Positions 1 through 12,049 of a stretch of 64,000 nucleotides of DNA are shown here, in pieces. Both the position numbers and the translations under genes were made by a program. The stretch is taken from NCBI GenBank assembly GCA_030390025.1, contig CM059432.1, positions 127,598,001-127,662,000 of the forward strand, read 5' to 3'. The first letter of the stretch is position 1, and every line of letters starts with the position of its first letter. This DNA comes from Squalus acanthias (taxonomy: Eukaryota). The notes below the pieces were generated by a model, which worked only from the letters and a program-made list of their open reading frames with translations, did no database searches and had not been told where the DNA came from.

Positions 1-566
1 TGTGCGCACGAGTTCTACTGCACAGGACTCAGATGAGGACCTCGATGTGGAGGCGATGACCACACAGGTGATGAGCATGCACACTGAGCTCATGGGTGCA
101 ATGGCAAGGGTGCCCGAGAGAGCATGGATGCACTGGCTAGGAGCATGGAGGAGTCCACCGTCAGCATATCTCTGCGCAAACCTTTGAGCCCATCCTTGGC
201 ACTTTGCAGAGGATGGTTGACTCGCAGAGAGACCGTGGGGACCCAGATCTCATGCCACGTGTCATGGGTGAGGTGGCAGCAGCTTTTGCAGCACAGGCCA
301 AGGAAACGCAATGGCTTAGTGCTGTAATAGAGTCAGTGGTTGCTGGCATCCAGTCTCAGACTGCTCTCATGCAGTCTCAGTTGGATGTCACGCAAGCGCT
401 GACTGCGGCCATCGTCGCTGGGTCGCCCACAGTCCACCGGGGATCTCACAGTGCCGCAGCAGGCCAGCAACCTCTGCTCGAGCAGATTGCTCCGGATGCT
501 GAGGTAATGCCCCGGGGGAGTGGCAGTGTGTCGGTCGAGCAGGAAGGTGCTGTCCTCTCTCAAGAT

Positions 567-815
567 CATGATGCGGAAATGCTGGCGTTGGACTGGGGTG
601 GACAAAAGTGAGAAGTCACACAACACCAGGTTATAGTCCAACAGATTTATTTAAAATTACAAGCTTTCGGAGCTATCGCCCCTTCTTCAGGTAAAGTTAC
701 AATGAGTGAATTCACTCATTGTAACTTTACCTGAAGAAGGGGTGATAGCTCCGAAAGCTTGTAATTTTAAATCTGTTGGACTATAACCTGGTGTTGTGCG
801 ACTTCTCACTTTTGT
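567..815. mobile_element. Penelope-like-derived fold-back insertion with hammerhead motifs
   Basis: 12-bp TSD CTCTCTCAAGAT at 555-566 and 816-827; near-perfect palindrome 601-816 centred at 710/711. Confidence 0.75.
727..764 (+). ncRNA. Minimal type-I hammerhead ribozyme motif (mirror copy on - strand at 657-694)
   Basis: TTAC-CTGAAGA-A-GGGG(TGATAG)CTCC-GAAA-GCTT-GTAA: core boxes, stem I TTAC/GTAA, stem II, palindromic AAGCTT as stem III. Confidence 0.6.
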
Positions 816-1329
816 CTCTCTCAAGATGACAGCATTCCTGCTCTCACCACTGCCACTCCACCATTGCACTTGCCGCAGCCTGTAACCCAGCCATCCCAGA
901 CTTCTGCCGCCCATACTGAGTTGGTGCAGTAGGCCCAGGGCTGGTCGAGGGCGTCCTGCAAGGCCATCTGCAGTCTCTGGCTCCCAGACTCAGCAGCCTT
1001 CCGCCAGTTTTGCTGCAGCCACTGGGGCCACATTACGGAGGAGCAGTAGGATTGGGAGGGGGAATAACAAAGGGGAGGGAAATCATTGAGGAAGGCCCAG
1101 TAAATAAAATGTTAAAAGCAAATGGGGGGAGTGTGTGTACGAAAGTTGATGTGTTTGTAAATATATTGTTCAGTATGGTAAGAAATAGTTCCGTTTGCTA
1201 AGAACCAGTTGTGTTTGTTCATAAATTGTTGTGTTTGTTTATTATTGGTTGTGTTTGATAAGAGAGAGTTGTGCAGAATAACAAATGTTTATTTCGACGT
1301 AGCAAATTTTGAGGTGATGTTTCTCATTT

Positions 1330-2179
1330 GAGCTTTGCCCGGTCATAGAGGTTGCGAGCTGGCTGTAATGAGCTGTAATGAGTGTTGGGGTTGCGGAGAG
1401 GTGTCATCAGCCAGGTGCAGAGTGGATAACCCTTGTCTCCGAGCAGCCAGCCGCGAGCTTCATGTGGTGGGTGGAACAGTGCTGGGACACCAGTCTGTCA
1501 CAGGATGAATGCATCGTGGCTGCTGCCAGGATAGCGGGCATTGACGGCGAGGATGCGCTGTCTGTGGTCGCACACCAACTGCACGTTCAGAGAGTGGTAG
1601 CCTTTGCGGTTGTGGAACACCTCTGCATTTTGATGAGGTGCCCGCAGTGCCATGTGGGTGCAGTCAATGGCGCCCTGAACCATGGGGAAGCCCGCTATCC
1701 TTGCAAAGCCACATAAGCATTCATGCTGTTTGTCTCTGGTCATGGGGAATGAGATGTACTCCCTTCTCCTTCTGTACAGAGCATCTGTGACCTCCCGGAT
1801 GCAGCAATGGACAGCGAACTGAAATGTTTGCAATATCCCCTGTTGAAGCTTGGAAGGAGATGCTGGCGTAGAAATTGAGAGCGACTGTGACCTTCACTGC
1901 CACTGAGAGAGACTTCCTGGTCCTGAGCTGAGGCTGGAGCTCTGGCTGCAGGAGGTGGCAGAGCTCTGTAACCACCTCCTTGCTGAAGCGGAGCCTTCTG
2001 AGGCACTGCTCCTCTGAGAGATGAATGTAGGAGAACTGCTCCTGGAATACCCTGGGAGGGTAAGGTCTCCTGTTGAGAGCCCTGTTGGCCCTCCTCCCTC
2101 TGGCCACATTTTCCAATCTTTCGCTCTGCCTCCGATGGTGAAGCTGGAGGGCGCGGTCCCGTGCCAGTACAGCCCCCAT
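1330..2179 (-). pseudogene. Harbinger transposase (DDE_Tnp_4/HARBI1-like), frameshifted, internal stop, 3'-deleted
   Basis: Motifs [55 protein letters not shown]. Confidence 0.9.
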
Positions 2180-2676
2180 TAAGTGTTGGAAATGTTGCAC
2201 TATCAAAAGTAAGACAATTAAACCTGATAAATTGTCAGGAGCAAAACGCCTTCAAGTAGGAAAACCTCAAATGGGTCAAACCGCCTGTCTGCTTCTGTCA
2301 AAGTGACAAGGCAGCATTGTTTGCCGACAAAAAACCAGGAAGTGCACGCCTTTAAATAGCACTCCTGCAACTCCCAGCCGACTGCAAACCGCCTCCTCTA
2401 CCTGTCGTTCCTAACGGCAGGCGCTGAGGCAGGGGGCGAAAATGAATTTCCAGTCCGGGGCGCTACTGAGGCGATGCGCGGATGGATGACGTCTCGATCT
2501 GCGGGCGCAGGAGATCGTGGCGGTAGTGTTCAGCCCCACCGCAAACCGCCAGGTGAATTTCGCCGGCAGCGCTAACATTGCCGCGCCCGGGCGGTAAGTC
2601 GTTAGCGCCCCCCAGAGGCGCTAACCAACCGAATTTCTCCCCCTATGAGCGTACTAACTGCAGTGACTGTTAACAG

Positions 2677-2805
2677 ATCTATAAGCAAGAGCTTGAGAAG
2701 CAATTTGATCATTTTGAAGACTGGCTTTGCATCTTTCCATTATTCAAGGGGAAAGCAAACTCTGAGGATGATGACAGTGATGATCGAATGACTGGAAAAT
2801 TAAAG
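2677..2805 (+). pseudogene. FER1L4: Ferlin exon A (IYKQELEKQFDHFEDWLCIFPLFKGKANSEDDDSDDRMTGKLK)
   Basis: aacag acceptor, gttag donor, 129 nt open, phase 0-0. Confidence 0.9.
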
Positions 2806-3744
2806 GTTAGGTCCATTATTGGTTATTATGGGCAACATATTCTTTTGAAATCTTATGGAATATTTTGATTAGCAGACTGACTGTAGAAAACATTGTACAA
2901 AATATTCCCTTTTCCCCTTCGTTGACTGCTAAGTACAAAATCAAATGCGTTTATAAACAATCTGATTCTGTTTAACGTCGTCTCTCATTTCAAGGCTGAA
3001 CAGTCTGAGTTTTCCATAATCTTTCCTCATAACTCCGTCTCTGACAGCAGTCTTGTGGTCTTTCTGTGCTCCATTCCAGAGCTTTTAAATTCATTTTAAA
3101 GCTTTATAAGGGTTGAAACCAGGTGCCACAAATACAAAATGAGATAAACGACTGCACAATCTGTTTTTGACAGTGGAATGCTGGTCGGAACACCAGGAAA
3201 TCTCTATGCTTTTCTTCGAATAGTGTCATGGAATCTTTTATGTAAATCTGAGCAGGCAGACGGTGCTACGGTTTAACACCTCATCCAAAAGACAGCACTG
3301 TCAAAAATGCAGCAATGCCTCAGTACTGCTTTGATGTGTCAGCCTAGATTATTTGCTCACGTTCTGGAGTGTGAGTGGACAGCCTTCTGACTCAGAGTGG
3401 TATCAACTGAGGCAAGCTGATACCAGAACTAATTGAAGTGTTTGAAGGGGGATATTTACAGTAGGTACACTCTAATAAATATGTGATGAGAAAATTCATA
3501 TTAACAGTAGTCATAGTTGGGTTTGTCACTATATGCAGTAACTTACCTACAATGTATAAATCCATTCAAATTTGACCTGCTGGCCAAATTATGCACAATA
3601 ATGAGTGGTTTTCTTTAAGCATACAATAATGCAGTCCAAAACCCAACTATGACTATTGTTAAAATGAATTATCTCATCACATATTTATCTATTAGCATGT
3701 AACTATTGTAGATATCCTCCTTCAAACACTTCAATTAGTTCTGG

Positions 3745-4183
3745 TATCAGCTTGCCTCAGTTGGTAGCACGCCTGAGTCAGAAGGCTGTCCATTCACACT
3801 CCAGAACGTGAGCATATATTCTCGGCTGACACATCGATGCAGTACTGAGGCATTGCTGCATTGTTGGCAGTGCTGTCTTTTGGATGAGATGTTAAGCCAA
3901 TGCATCGTCTGCCTGCTCAGATTTACATAAACAATTCCAAGGCACTATTGAAGGAAAAACATAGAGAATTCCTGGTGTTCCAACCAACATTCCACTGTCA
4001 AAAACAGATTGTGCAGTCGTTCATCTCATTTTCTATTTGTGGCACGTTGCCATGCACAAATTGGCTACTGCGTTTAGCCACATATCAACAGTAACTGCAT
4101 TTCAAAAGTAACTTGTTAGCTGTGAAACATTTTGGGACATCCTGAGGAAGTGAAAAGCACAATATAAAGGCAATGTCTTTCTT
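3745..4183 (+). mobile_element. tRNA-derived Deu-domain SINE (SacSINE1-like), diverged; inverted partial copy at ~3125-3425
   Basis: Similar along its length to the SINE at 62966-63410. Confidence 0.7.
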
Positions 4184-4217
4184 TCAAACCTTCCTATTTA
4201 TTCTGCATGGAAACAGT

Positions 4218-4744
4218 ATTTTTGAAGTGTAGTCACTGTTGTAATGTGGGAAACGCGGCAGCCAATGTGCACACAGCAATCTCCCACAAACAGCAATGTG
4301 ATAATGGAAGATGATCTGTTTTTGTGATGTTGGTTGAGGGATAAATATTGGCCAGGACACCAGGGATAACTCCCCTGCTCTTATTTGAAATCGTGCCATA
4401 GGATCTTTTATGTCCACCTGAGAGAGCAGACGGTGCCTTGGTTTAACATCTCATCTGAAAGGCGGCACTGACAGTGCAGCGCTCCCTCAGCACTGTACTG
4501 GAGTGTCAGCCTAGATAGAAACATAGAAAAATAGGAGCAGGAGTAGGCCATTCGGCCCTTCAAGCCTGCTCCACCATTCAACATGATCATGGCTGATCCT
4601 CTATCTCAATACCATATTCCCACTCTCTCTCCATACCCCTTGATGCCCCTTAGATTTTTGTGCACAAGTCTCTGGAGTGGGACTTAAACCCACAACCTTC
4701 TGACTCAGAGGAGAGAGTGCTACCAACTGAGCCACGGCTGACAC
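4218..4744 (-). mobile_element. Deu-domain SINE with a nested CR1 3' fragment (~4515-4630)
   Basis: Reverse complement of the tRNA head and Deu core; interrupted by a CR1 tail (atagaaacatagaaa). Confidence 0.75.
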
Positions 4745-5973
4745 TATACTACACAATACTATATTGCTTTTGCATGTACACCCTTGTGAAGTACATGAAA
4801 TATTGAATACTCTATTATGAACTTAGCAACAATGCATTGCATTTTCCAAAGTGCACTACTGACATCTAGAGAAAGAAAATTCTTACTGCACCACATTCTG
4901 TGGCAAAGAAAACTGCTGTTTTTTGGAAGCTGGTGCAAGCCTCAGTAAAACATCGCAAATTATTCAAATTAATCTCACACCAGATTTTATTGTTGGTTGT
5001 ATATTGTTATATATTATTGTGTATTTTGCTTTGATGCATTAATTCTTACATAGGATTACATAGGATATACGGCACAGAAACAGGCCATTCAGCCCAACCA
5101 GTCCATGCCAGTGTTTATGCTCCACTCGAGCCTCCTCCCGTCTTTCCTCATCTAAATCTATCAGCATAACCCTCTATTCCCTTCTCCCTCATATGCTTGT
5201 CCAGCCTCCCCTTAAATGCATCTATACTATTCGCCTCAACCACTCCCTGTGGTAGCGAGTTCCAGATTCTCACCACTCTTTGGGTAAAGGAGTTTCTTGT
5301 TGCTGTTTAGGCCTGATTTTTTGCATTGCAAGACTTCTACTTCAAACTCTGTCTCTTACAATTGTTTCGCTCCCAGCTGCTACTTCACTTGCAGCATCCA
5401 AAGTGGGCAGGATGGGAATTGTGTTGGGATTCAATAGCATTCCTAGATTTGGAGGAGGGAGAGTAGTTCTTGACGGGACATTAAAGGCAAGTGCCACTAT
5501 ACATACGCACCTATCTTTACCCCAGAATCCACACTTACTGCCCAGACAGTCCTTTCTGAGCATGTCCGAGGAGACCTGTCTCCAGCACAAAAGAGGCTTC
5601 TGTACAGCTGTCCTTACCCTGGAAGTTGACTGGATATAACCGCTCTTCCTCTGGGTACGATGGTCATTACCGCATTAAACTTTTACACCACTGGCATTGT
5701 TTAGTGTTGGTTTCCCTGGGCTTGCTGTCCTTTACTTAGAAACTTAAGCCCAGTAGAGTTCAATTTAGCTTAGTGTGGAGGCAGTGAGAATTCTTGCATA
5801 ACAGACCAAACATTATATTCCTTTAGCAACCTTCCTCCAGTTTATGGATAATTTCTCTCAACATTTTTCACTGTGACGGGCTGCTTGGTTACACCCTGCA
5901 GTGAGAATGTCCACTCAGCGGATGCAAGTGCCGTATAATTTTATGATGTATTATTCTAAATGAATGTTATAAC

Positions 5974-6110
5974 TGTAATATATGTGGGTAGAACAAATGA
6001 AGGACAGAGACACGATGAGTTGCTAGTCCATGTGCTTGCTTTACTAGGCCAGAGTGAACTGAGCATGCTCATACTAAACCATGTGACAAACCATGTGATA
6101 ATACATTACA
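5974..6110. mobile_element. Short solo LTR (137 bp), Gypsy-like
   Basis: TGTAAT...ATTACA termini; 5-bp TSD ATAAC at 5969-5973 and 6111-6115. Confidence 0.75.
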
Positions 6111-7782
6111 ATAACTATGCTTTATAATGTAAGTGTGTTTATGTTAATTGCTTTGGTTTTCTTTGCTTCATTGTGACAATAGTGTTTAGAGTGGTATTGT
6201 GCAACAGACTGGCCTGTAGTATCGCAGTGCTGACCCCAAGGCATTCCTCTGTCTGCATTCTATAAAAGTAATCTTGCATTGAATATTAATTATACAAAAA
6301 AATGATTATTTTCCATATCACTTGACATTCGAAATACAACTGCTTTTTCTTTGTAATGGTTTATTTACCATGCTTACTGAAGCTCTTGCAACGTACTGGG
6401 AATGAGAAGGACGTAACACATGAGATAAGATAACGTCCATACCAGAATAAATGTTAAAGCACTAGGTGAAAAAACTACTTGTCATTAGCATTGTCCTTCA
6501 AAGACTGCTCCCTGGCACCATGCCAGGATGAGTTGGGCCTGTATCGGTGATGTATGAACCTTTGGAACTATTTTCACTTCATGTAGCAGAGGCTGATTAA
6601 TGACTGTAACTCACTAGGTGTAAGCGCAAGGTCAGGATGACCTGGGACAAGAGTGTAGTTCGTAAATGAACATCCATCAGGCACATGACCGAAAGGTTAG
6701 GAAATAAATCAATTATTGAGCAAGAATAAACTGCGCCTTAAGTCATATGAAAACGAGAGTTACATTTCACCCCTATTGACTTTGTAATTTACAACAACTA
6801 AAATATTCCCCTGTGTTGGGCAGTAACATTTACATCAATATTATTTTGGGCCCAATCACTAACACAGTAGATAGACAGAAAGTGCACCTCTACTATTATT
6901 ATAAGAACATAAGAAACAGGAGCAGGAGTCAGCCAATCGGCCCCTCGAGCCTGCTCCGCCATTCAATAAGATCATGGCTGATCCAATCTTGGCCTCAACA
7001 CCACTTTCCCGCTCTCTCCCCATACTCCTTGACTCCCTTGTAGTTCAAATATCTGTCAATCTCCGCCTTGAATATATTCAATGACTCCGCCTTCACAGCT
7101 CTCTGGGGTAGAGAATTCCAAAGATTCACGACCCTCAGAGAAGAAATTCCTCCTCATCTCTGTCTTAAATGGGCGACCCTTTATTCTGAAACTATACCCC
7201 CTAGTTCTAGATACCCCCACTAGGGGAAACATCCTCTCAGCATCCACCCTGTCAAGCCCCTTCAGAATCTTATATGTTTCAATAAGATCACCTCTCATTC
7301 TTCTAAACTCCAATGAGTATAGGCCCAACCTGCTCAAGCTTTCATCATACGTCAACCCCTTCATCCCAGGAATCAACCTAGTGAACCTTCTCTGCACTGC
7401 CTCCAATGCAAGTATATCCTTCCTTAAATATGGAGACCAAAACTGTACGCAATATTCCAGGTGCGGTCTCACCAGCGCCCTGTAAAGTTGCATCAAAACT
7501 TCCCTACTTTTATATTCCATACCCTTTGCAATAAAGGCCAACATTCCATTAGCCTTCCTAATTACTTGCTGTACCTGCATGCTAACTTTTTGTGTTTCAT
7601 GTACTAGGACCCCCAGATCCCTTTGTACTGCAGCATTTTGTAGTCTCACTCCATTTAAATACTAATTTGCTTTTTCATTCTTCCTTCCAAAGTGGATAAC
7701 CTCACATTTTCCCACATTATACTCCATCTGCCAAATTTTTGCCCACTCACTTAACGTATCTATATCCCTTTGCAGACTCTTT

Positions 7783-10249
7783 GGGCTCGATTTTGCCAGT
7801 GTGGGTGGACTGGGGCGTGTCAGGTGGGATTCGTGTCAGGATCCTGACTCCGAGGTGAAGTGTTGAAAAATTGCGATTTTCCCCTAATTAGGCAATTGAT
7901 TTCCTGCGTGTGGGAACCACTGGCCCAATGAATCTTTCCATCCAGAAAGTCGCCTCCGATGACGTCATCAGTGCTGCTGGATTTAAGGCCTGCAAGCAGC
8001 CTTGCTTCTTCTGGAGACTGGAAACGCTTTGGACATTGTATGAAGGAATTCATTTACCGACCATGTCCACCAGCAAGCAAAAGTGTGCACCTCGCTTTGA
8101 TGAGCCCTCCCTCCAAGCTCTGGTGCAGGGAGCAAGATCTAGTAAGGAGGTGCTGTTCCCTTCATCAGGGAGAAAAAAGCCACCCCAGCAGACTAAAGCT
8201 GTGTGGCTGCAAGTGGCCCAGGAGGTCAACTCCATATCAATGAGCCGCAGAACCTGGCTGCAATGCAGGAAGATGTTTCATGACCTTCTCCGCACAGAAA
8301 AAGTGAGTATGACTTTCCCATCACCCTGAATCTGATCCCCATCGCCTCTCCTCACCAGCACTCTGCTTTGCCAACCTCTTCCTCCACATCCCGATTGACA
8401 CTTACATCCCTGCACCCTTACCCATTCCCTCTCTATGGCCACATTCACTTAACTATTCGACCATGCAGCCCTCACACTCTCTATCACTGTGATGCAATGA
8501 CAACTTACAACATACAGGGAGGGCCCTTTGTCTCCTTCTAAGCATCTATGCTATGGATTCTCTACACTCACTCCTTCATTCTCACTCAAACTCCACTTTT
8601 GTCCCTCATTGCAGGAAAAGAGAGCCCACAATAAGAGGGAAAGAGTGAGGACAGGAGGAGGGCCACCCTCAGTAGGCCAGCTCACCACCTCGGAGGAGGT
8701 GGCCCTGGAAATTGCCGGGATCGAGGAGGATTCCCAAGTGGGGGATGGACAGGTGGGCGCATCACAGCAGCTGGTGACAGAATAGTTTGGCATCTCTCTC
8801 ATTGACATTGCATGATTTACTGATAATGATTCTGATGCTCTAACAGATTGACTTATGATCATCTGCACAATTCAATGTGCATGCAACCTTTACCTCACAT
8901 CTCTAACTCTTTCCTTTACTCCCCCACAGGACCATCGAGAGCCCCCGTCCCCACCGTCCAGGAGGAAGGGGGGCTCCTCTCCAAGCGCTCACACGACCAT
9001 GCCACTGCAGAGCCCTCGGTCAGAGCCCCACTAGAGTCCCCACCCAACTGAGATCGGCATCTCAACCCCTGCACAGCCGCAGGAGCAGCAGACTGTTGCC
9101 GAGCCCTCACAGGTTCACAACCCCAGAGGACGCCAGCCAAAGGTGTCAAGACAGGAGCAGCAAGAAAGTGAGCAAGGGGCCTCCACATCTGCTGAAGCCA
9201 CAGGGGAAGCACCACGTAGGAGCACGTGTAAGAGGAAGCTAATGCACAAGTAGTCACAAGGGTAGTCACTTGGGTGTAATGTTGTGTTTAATTTTGAAAA
9301 GCCATCAGTTGCTTATTGTCATAAAAAATTCTGATGGCAAACTGTTGCAGTTGTGGCATGTGTCATTTTGCTAATGGGACTTCCACATTGAGGGCTTAGT
9401 GTGACTTGCAATTGTCAGTATGGTGGTCAGAGTGATAGGAATCCGCAGGTTCTTGGCCATTGTCGATGATCTGATAAGAAGGTGCGAGGCAAAAGTGTTT
9501 GATTGTGCAGGCTAAGCAAATCTGGCCAAGATGAGTGCGTCCCTTGCATCCCGGGCAGCAATGTGGTCGCGCGCTGGCCTGTGCAGCTTCAGGTGGGTGA
9601 GCAGCAGCTTGGCGCTCCTGTTGTTGCTGCTGCTGTTGGTGGTGCTGTTGTTCATGGTTCTGCTGCTGCCATGGCTGGTCTTCGTCCGAATCTGATGTCC
9701 AGGAAGAAAGGAAATATATGGTTCCCATGCTTCTGGTATATGCCTCAGTTGAGGAAGCGCTCAGTCAAGGTGGCGAGAGGGGTTTCCCAGGAGGTCACAC
9801 TGGAGATGGGTGTCAGGCTCCAAACTTCCACAACAATGCGTATGCCTGCTAAAAGTTCCCCCAGACCTGAGACAACAAAGTTCTGCCACCTGCAAATGAT
9901 GATTGCTGAAAACTCCTTTTTAATGGTGGAGCTGCAGCTGTTAGTAAGCAGTCCACTTGTGAGGCTGCCAGGATTCACTGGCGTGTTCCAGAGGAGACGT
10001 GCAGGACGTGGGAAAAGTGGTAAAATCAGAAAGGCCTCTCAAAATGGGATTATAGAGGCAATTAAATGGTTGTTAAGGGCCTATCCCGCCTCTTGGAGGC
10101 GGGATGGAAACGGGGTCAGATAACACGCATTTGGGAAAATTGCTCGGAGGCGGGATGGAGGCAGGATCATGCCCGCCCGCCATATTTAAGATTTTTACCA
10201 CCTCACACGCCTCCAATCCCGCCTCCTCTGGCCTGGCAAAATCGAGCCC
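7783..10249 (+). mobile_element. PIF/Harbinger non-autonomous element carrying a Myb/SANT gene
   Basis: 17-bp perfect TIRs GGGCTCGATTTTGCCAG / CTGGCAAAATCGAGCCC; 3-bp TSD TTT; the interrupted CR1 sequence rejoins exactly. Confidence 0.92.
8063..8773 (+). CDS. Harbinger Myb/SANT-like DNA-binding protein, exons 8063-8302 and 8615-8773 (third exon from ~8930)
   Basis: APRF..L..LV..VLFP...W..VA.EVNS...RTWLQCRK.FHDL; gtgagt/cag splice sites; exon 2 EKRAHN...RTGGG. Confidence 0.75.
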
Positions 10250-11490
10250 TTTGTGTCCTCCTCACAACTTGCTAACCCACCTATCTTTGTATCATCAGCA
10301 AATTTGGCTACAGTACACTCGGTCCCTTCATCCAAGTCATTAATACAGATTGTAAATAGTTGAAGCCCCAGCACTGATCCCTGTGGCACCCCACTAGTTA
10401 CTGATTGCCAACCGGAAAATGACCCATTTATCCCGACTCTCTGTTTTCTGTTAGTTAGCCAATCCCCTATCCATGCCAATATATTACCCCAACCCCGTGC
10501 GCTCTTATCTTGTGCAGTAACCCTTTATGTGGCACCTTATCGAATGCCTTCTGGAAATCCAAATACACTACATCTACTGGTTCCCCTTTATCCACCCTGT
10601 TTGTTACATCCTCAAAGAACTCTAGCAAATTTGTCAAACACGATAAAACCATGTTGACTCTGCTTGATTGTCTTATGATTTTCTAAATGTTCTGCTATTA
10701 CCTCCTTAATAATGGATTCCAGCATTTTCCCAATGACAGATGTTAGGCTAACTGGTCTATAGTTTCCTGCATTCTATCTCCCTCCTTTCTTGAATAGTGG
10801 CGTTACATTTGCGGTTTTCCAATCCGCTGGAACCTCTCCAGAATCCAGGGAATTTTGGTAGATTACAACCAACTATCTCTGCAGCCACTTCTTTTAAGAC
10901 CCTAGGATGCAGGCCATCAGGTCCAGGGGACTTGTCGGCCTTTAGCCCCATTAGTTTGCCTAGTACTTTTTCTCTAGTGACAGAGATTGTTTTAAGTTCC
11001 TCCCTCCCTATAGCCCCTTGATTATCTATTATTATTGGGATGTTTTAAGTGTCTTCTACCATGAAGACTGATCCAAAATAATTGTTTAGAGTATCTGCCA
11101 TTTCTCTATTTCCCATTATTAATTCCCCAGTCTCATCCTCTAAGGGACCAATGTTGACTTTAGCTACTCTCTTCCTTTTTATATACCTGTAGAAGCTCTG
11201 ACTGTCTGTTTTTATATTATTTGCTAGTTTACTCTCATACTCTATCTTCTCCCTCTTTATAATTTTTTTAGTCATCCTTTGCTGGTTTCTAAAGATTTCC
11301 CAATCCTCTGGCCTACCACTAATCTTCGCAATATTGTTTGCCTTTTCTTTCAATTTGATACCATCCTTAACTTCCTTAGTTAGCCATGGATGGTGCATCC
11401 TTCTCGTAGAGCTTTTCTTTCTCACTGGAATATACCTTTGCTGAGATTTATGAAATATCTCCTTAAATGTCTGCCACTGCTGATCTACCG

Positions 11491-12049
11491 TCTGGAGTAC
11501 TGTGTGCAGTTTTGGTCTCCTTACCTAAGAAAGGATATACTTGCCATAGAGGGAGTGCAGCGAAGGTTCACTAGACTGATTCCTGGGATGGCAGGACTGT
11601 CGTATGAGGAGAGATTGGGTCGACTAGGCCTATATTCACTAGAGTTTAGAAGAATGAGAGGGGATCTCATTGAAACGTAGAAAATTCTGACAGGGCTAGG
11701 CAGACTGGATGCAGGGAGGATGTTTCCCCTGGCTGGGGGGTTTAGAACGAGGTGTCACAGTCTCAAGGTACGGGGTAGGACATTTAGGACTGAGATGAGG
11801 AGAAATTTCTTCACTCAGAGGGTGGTGAACCTGTGGAATTCTCTACCACAGAAGGCTGTGGAGACCAAGTCACTGAATATATTTAAGAAGGAGATAGAGA
11901 GATTTCTAGACACAAAAGGCATCAAGGGGTATGGGGAGAGCGGGAATATGGTATTGAGATAGAGGATCAGCCGTGATCATATTGAATGGCGGAGCAGGCT
12001 CGTAGGGCCGAATGGCCTACTCCTGCTCCTATGTTTCTATGTTTCTATG
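11491..12049 (+). mobile_element. 5'-truncated CR1 fragment inserted in the outer CR1
   Basis: [20 protein letters not shown]; (TTTCTATG)n tail. Confidence 0.85.

Larger units (their letters stand above)
1..2643 (-). mobile_element. PIF/Harbinger DNA transposon, degenerate; other end outside the window
   Basis: HARBI1-like DDE transposase on - strand; remains of a convergent partner gene on + strand (1 to ~1030); TIR-like GAATTTCTCCCCC at 2631-2643. Confidence 0.85.

Noticed and set aside
9396..9728. PolyQ host protein
   Set aside because: Lies inside Harbinger TIRs in the transposase position; better explained as a deletion remnant
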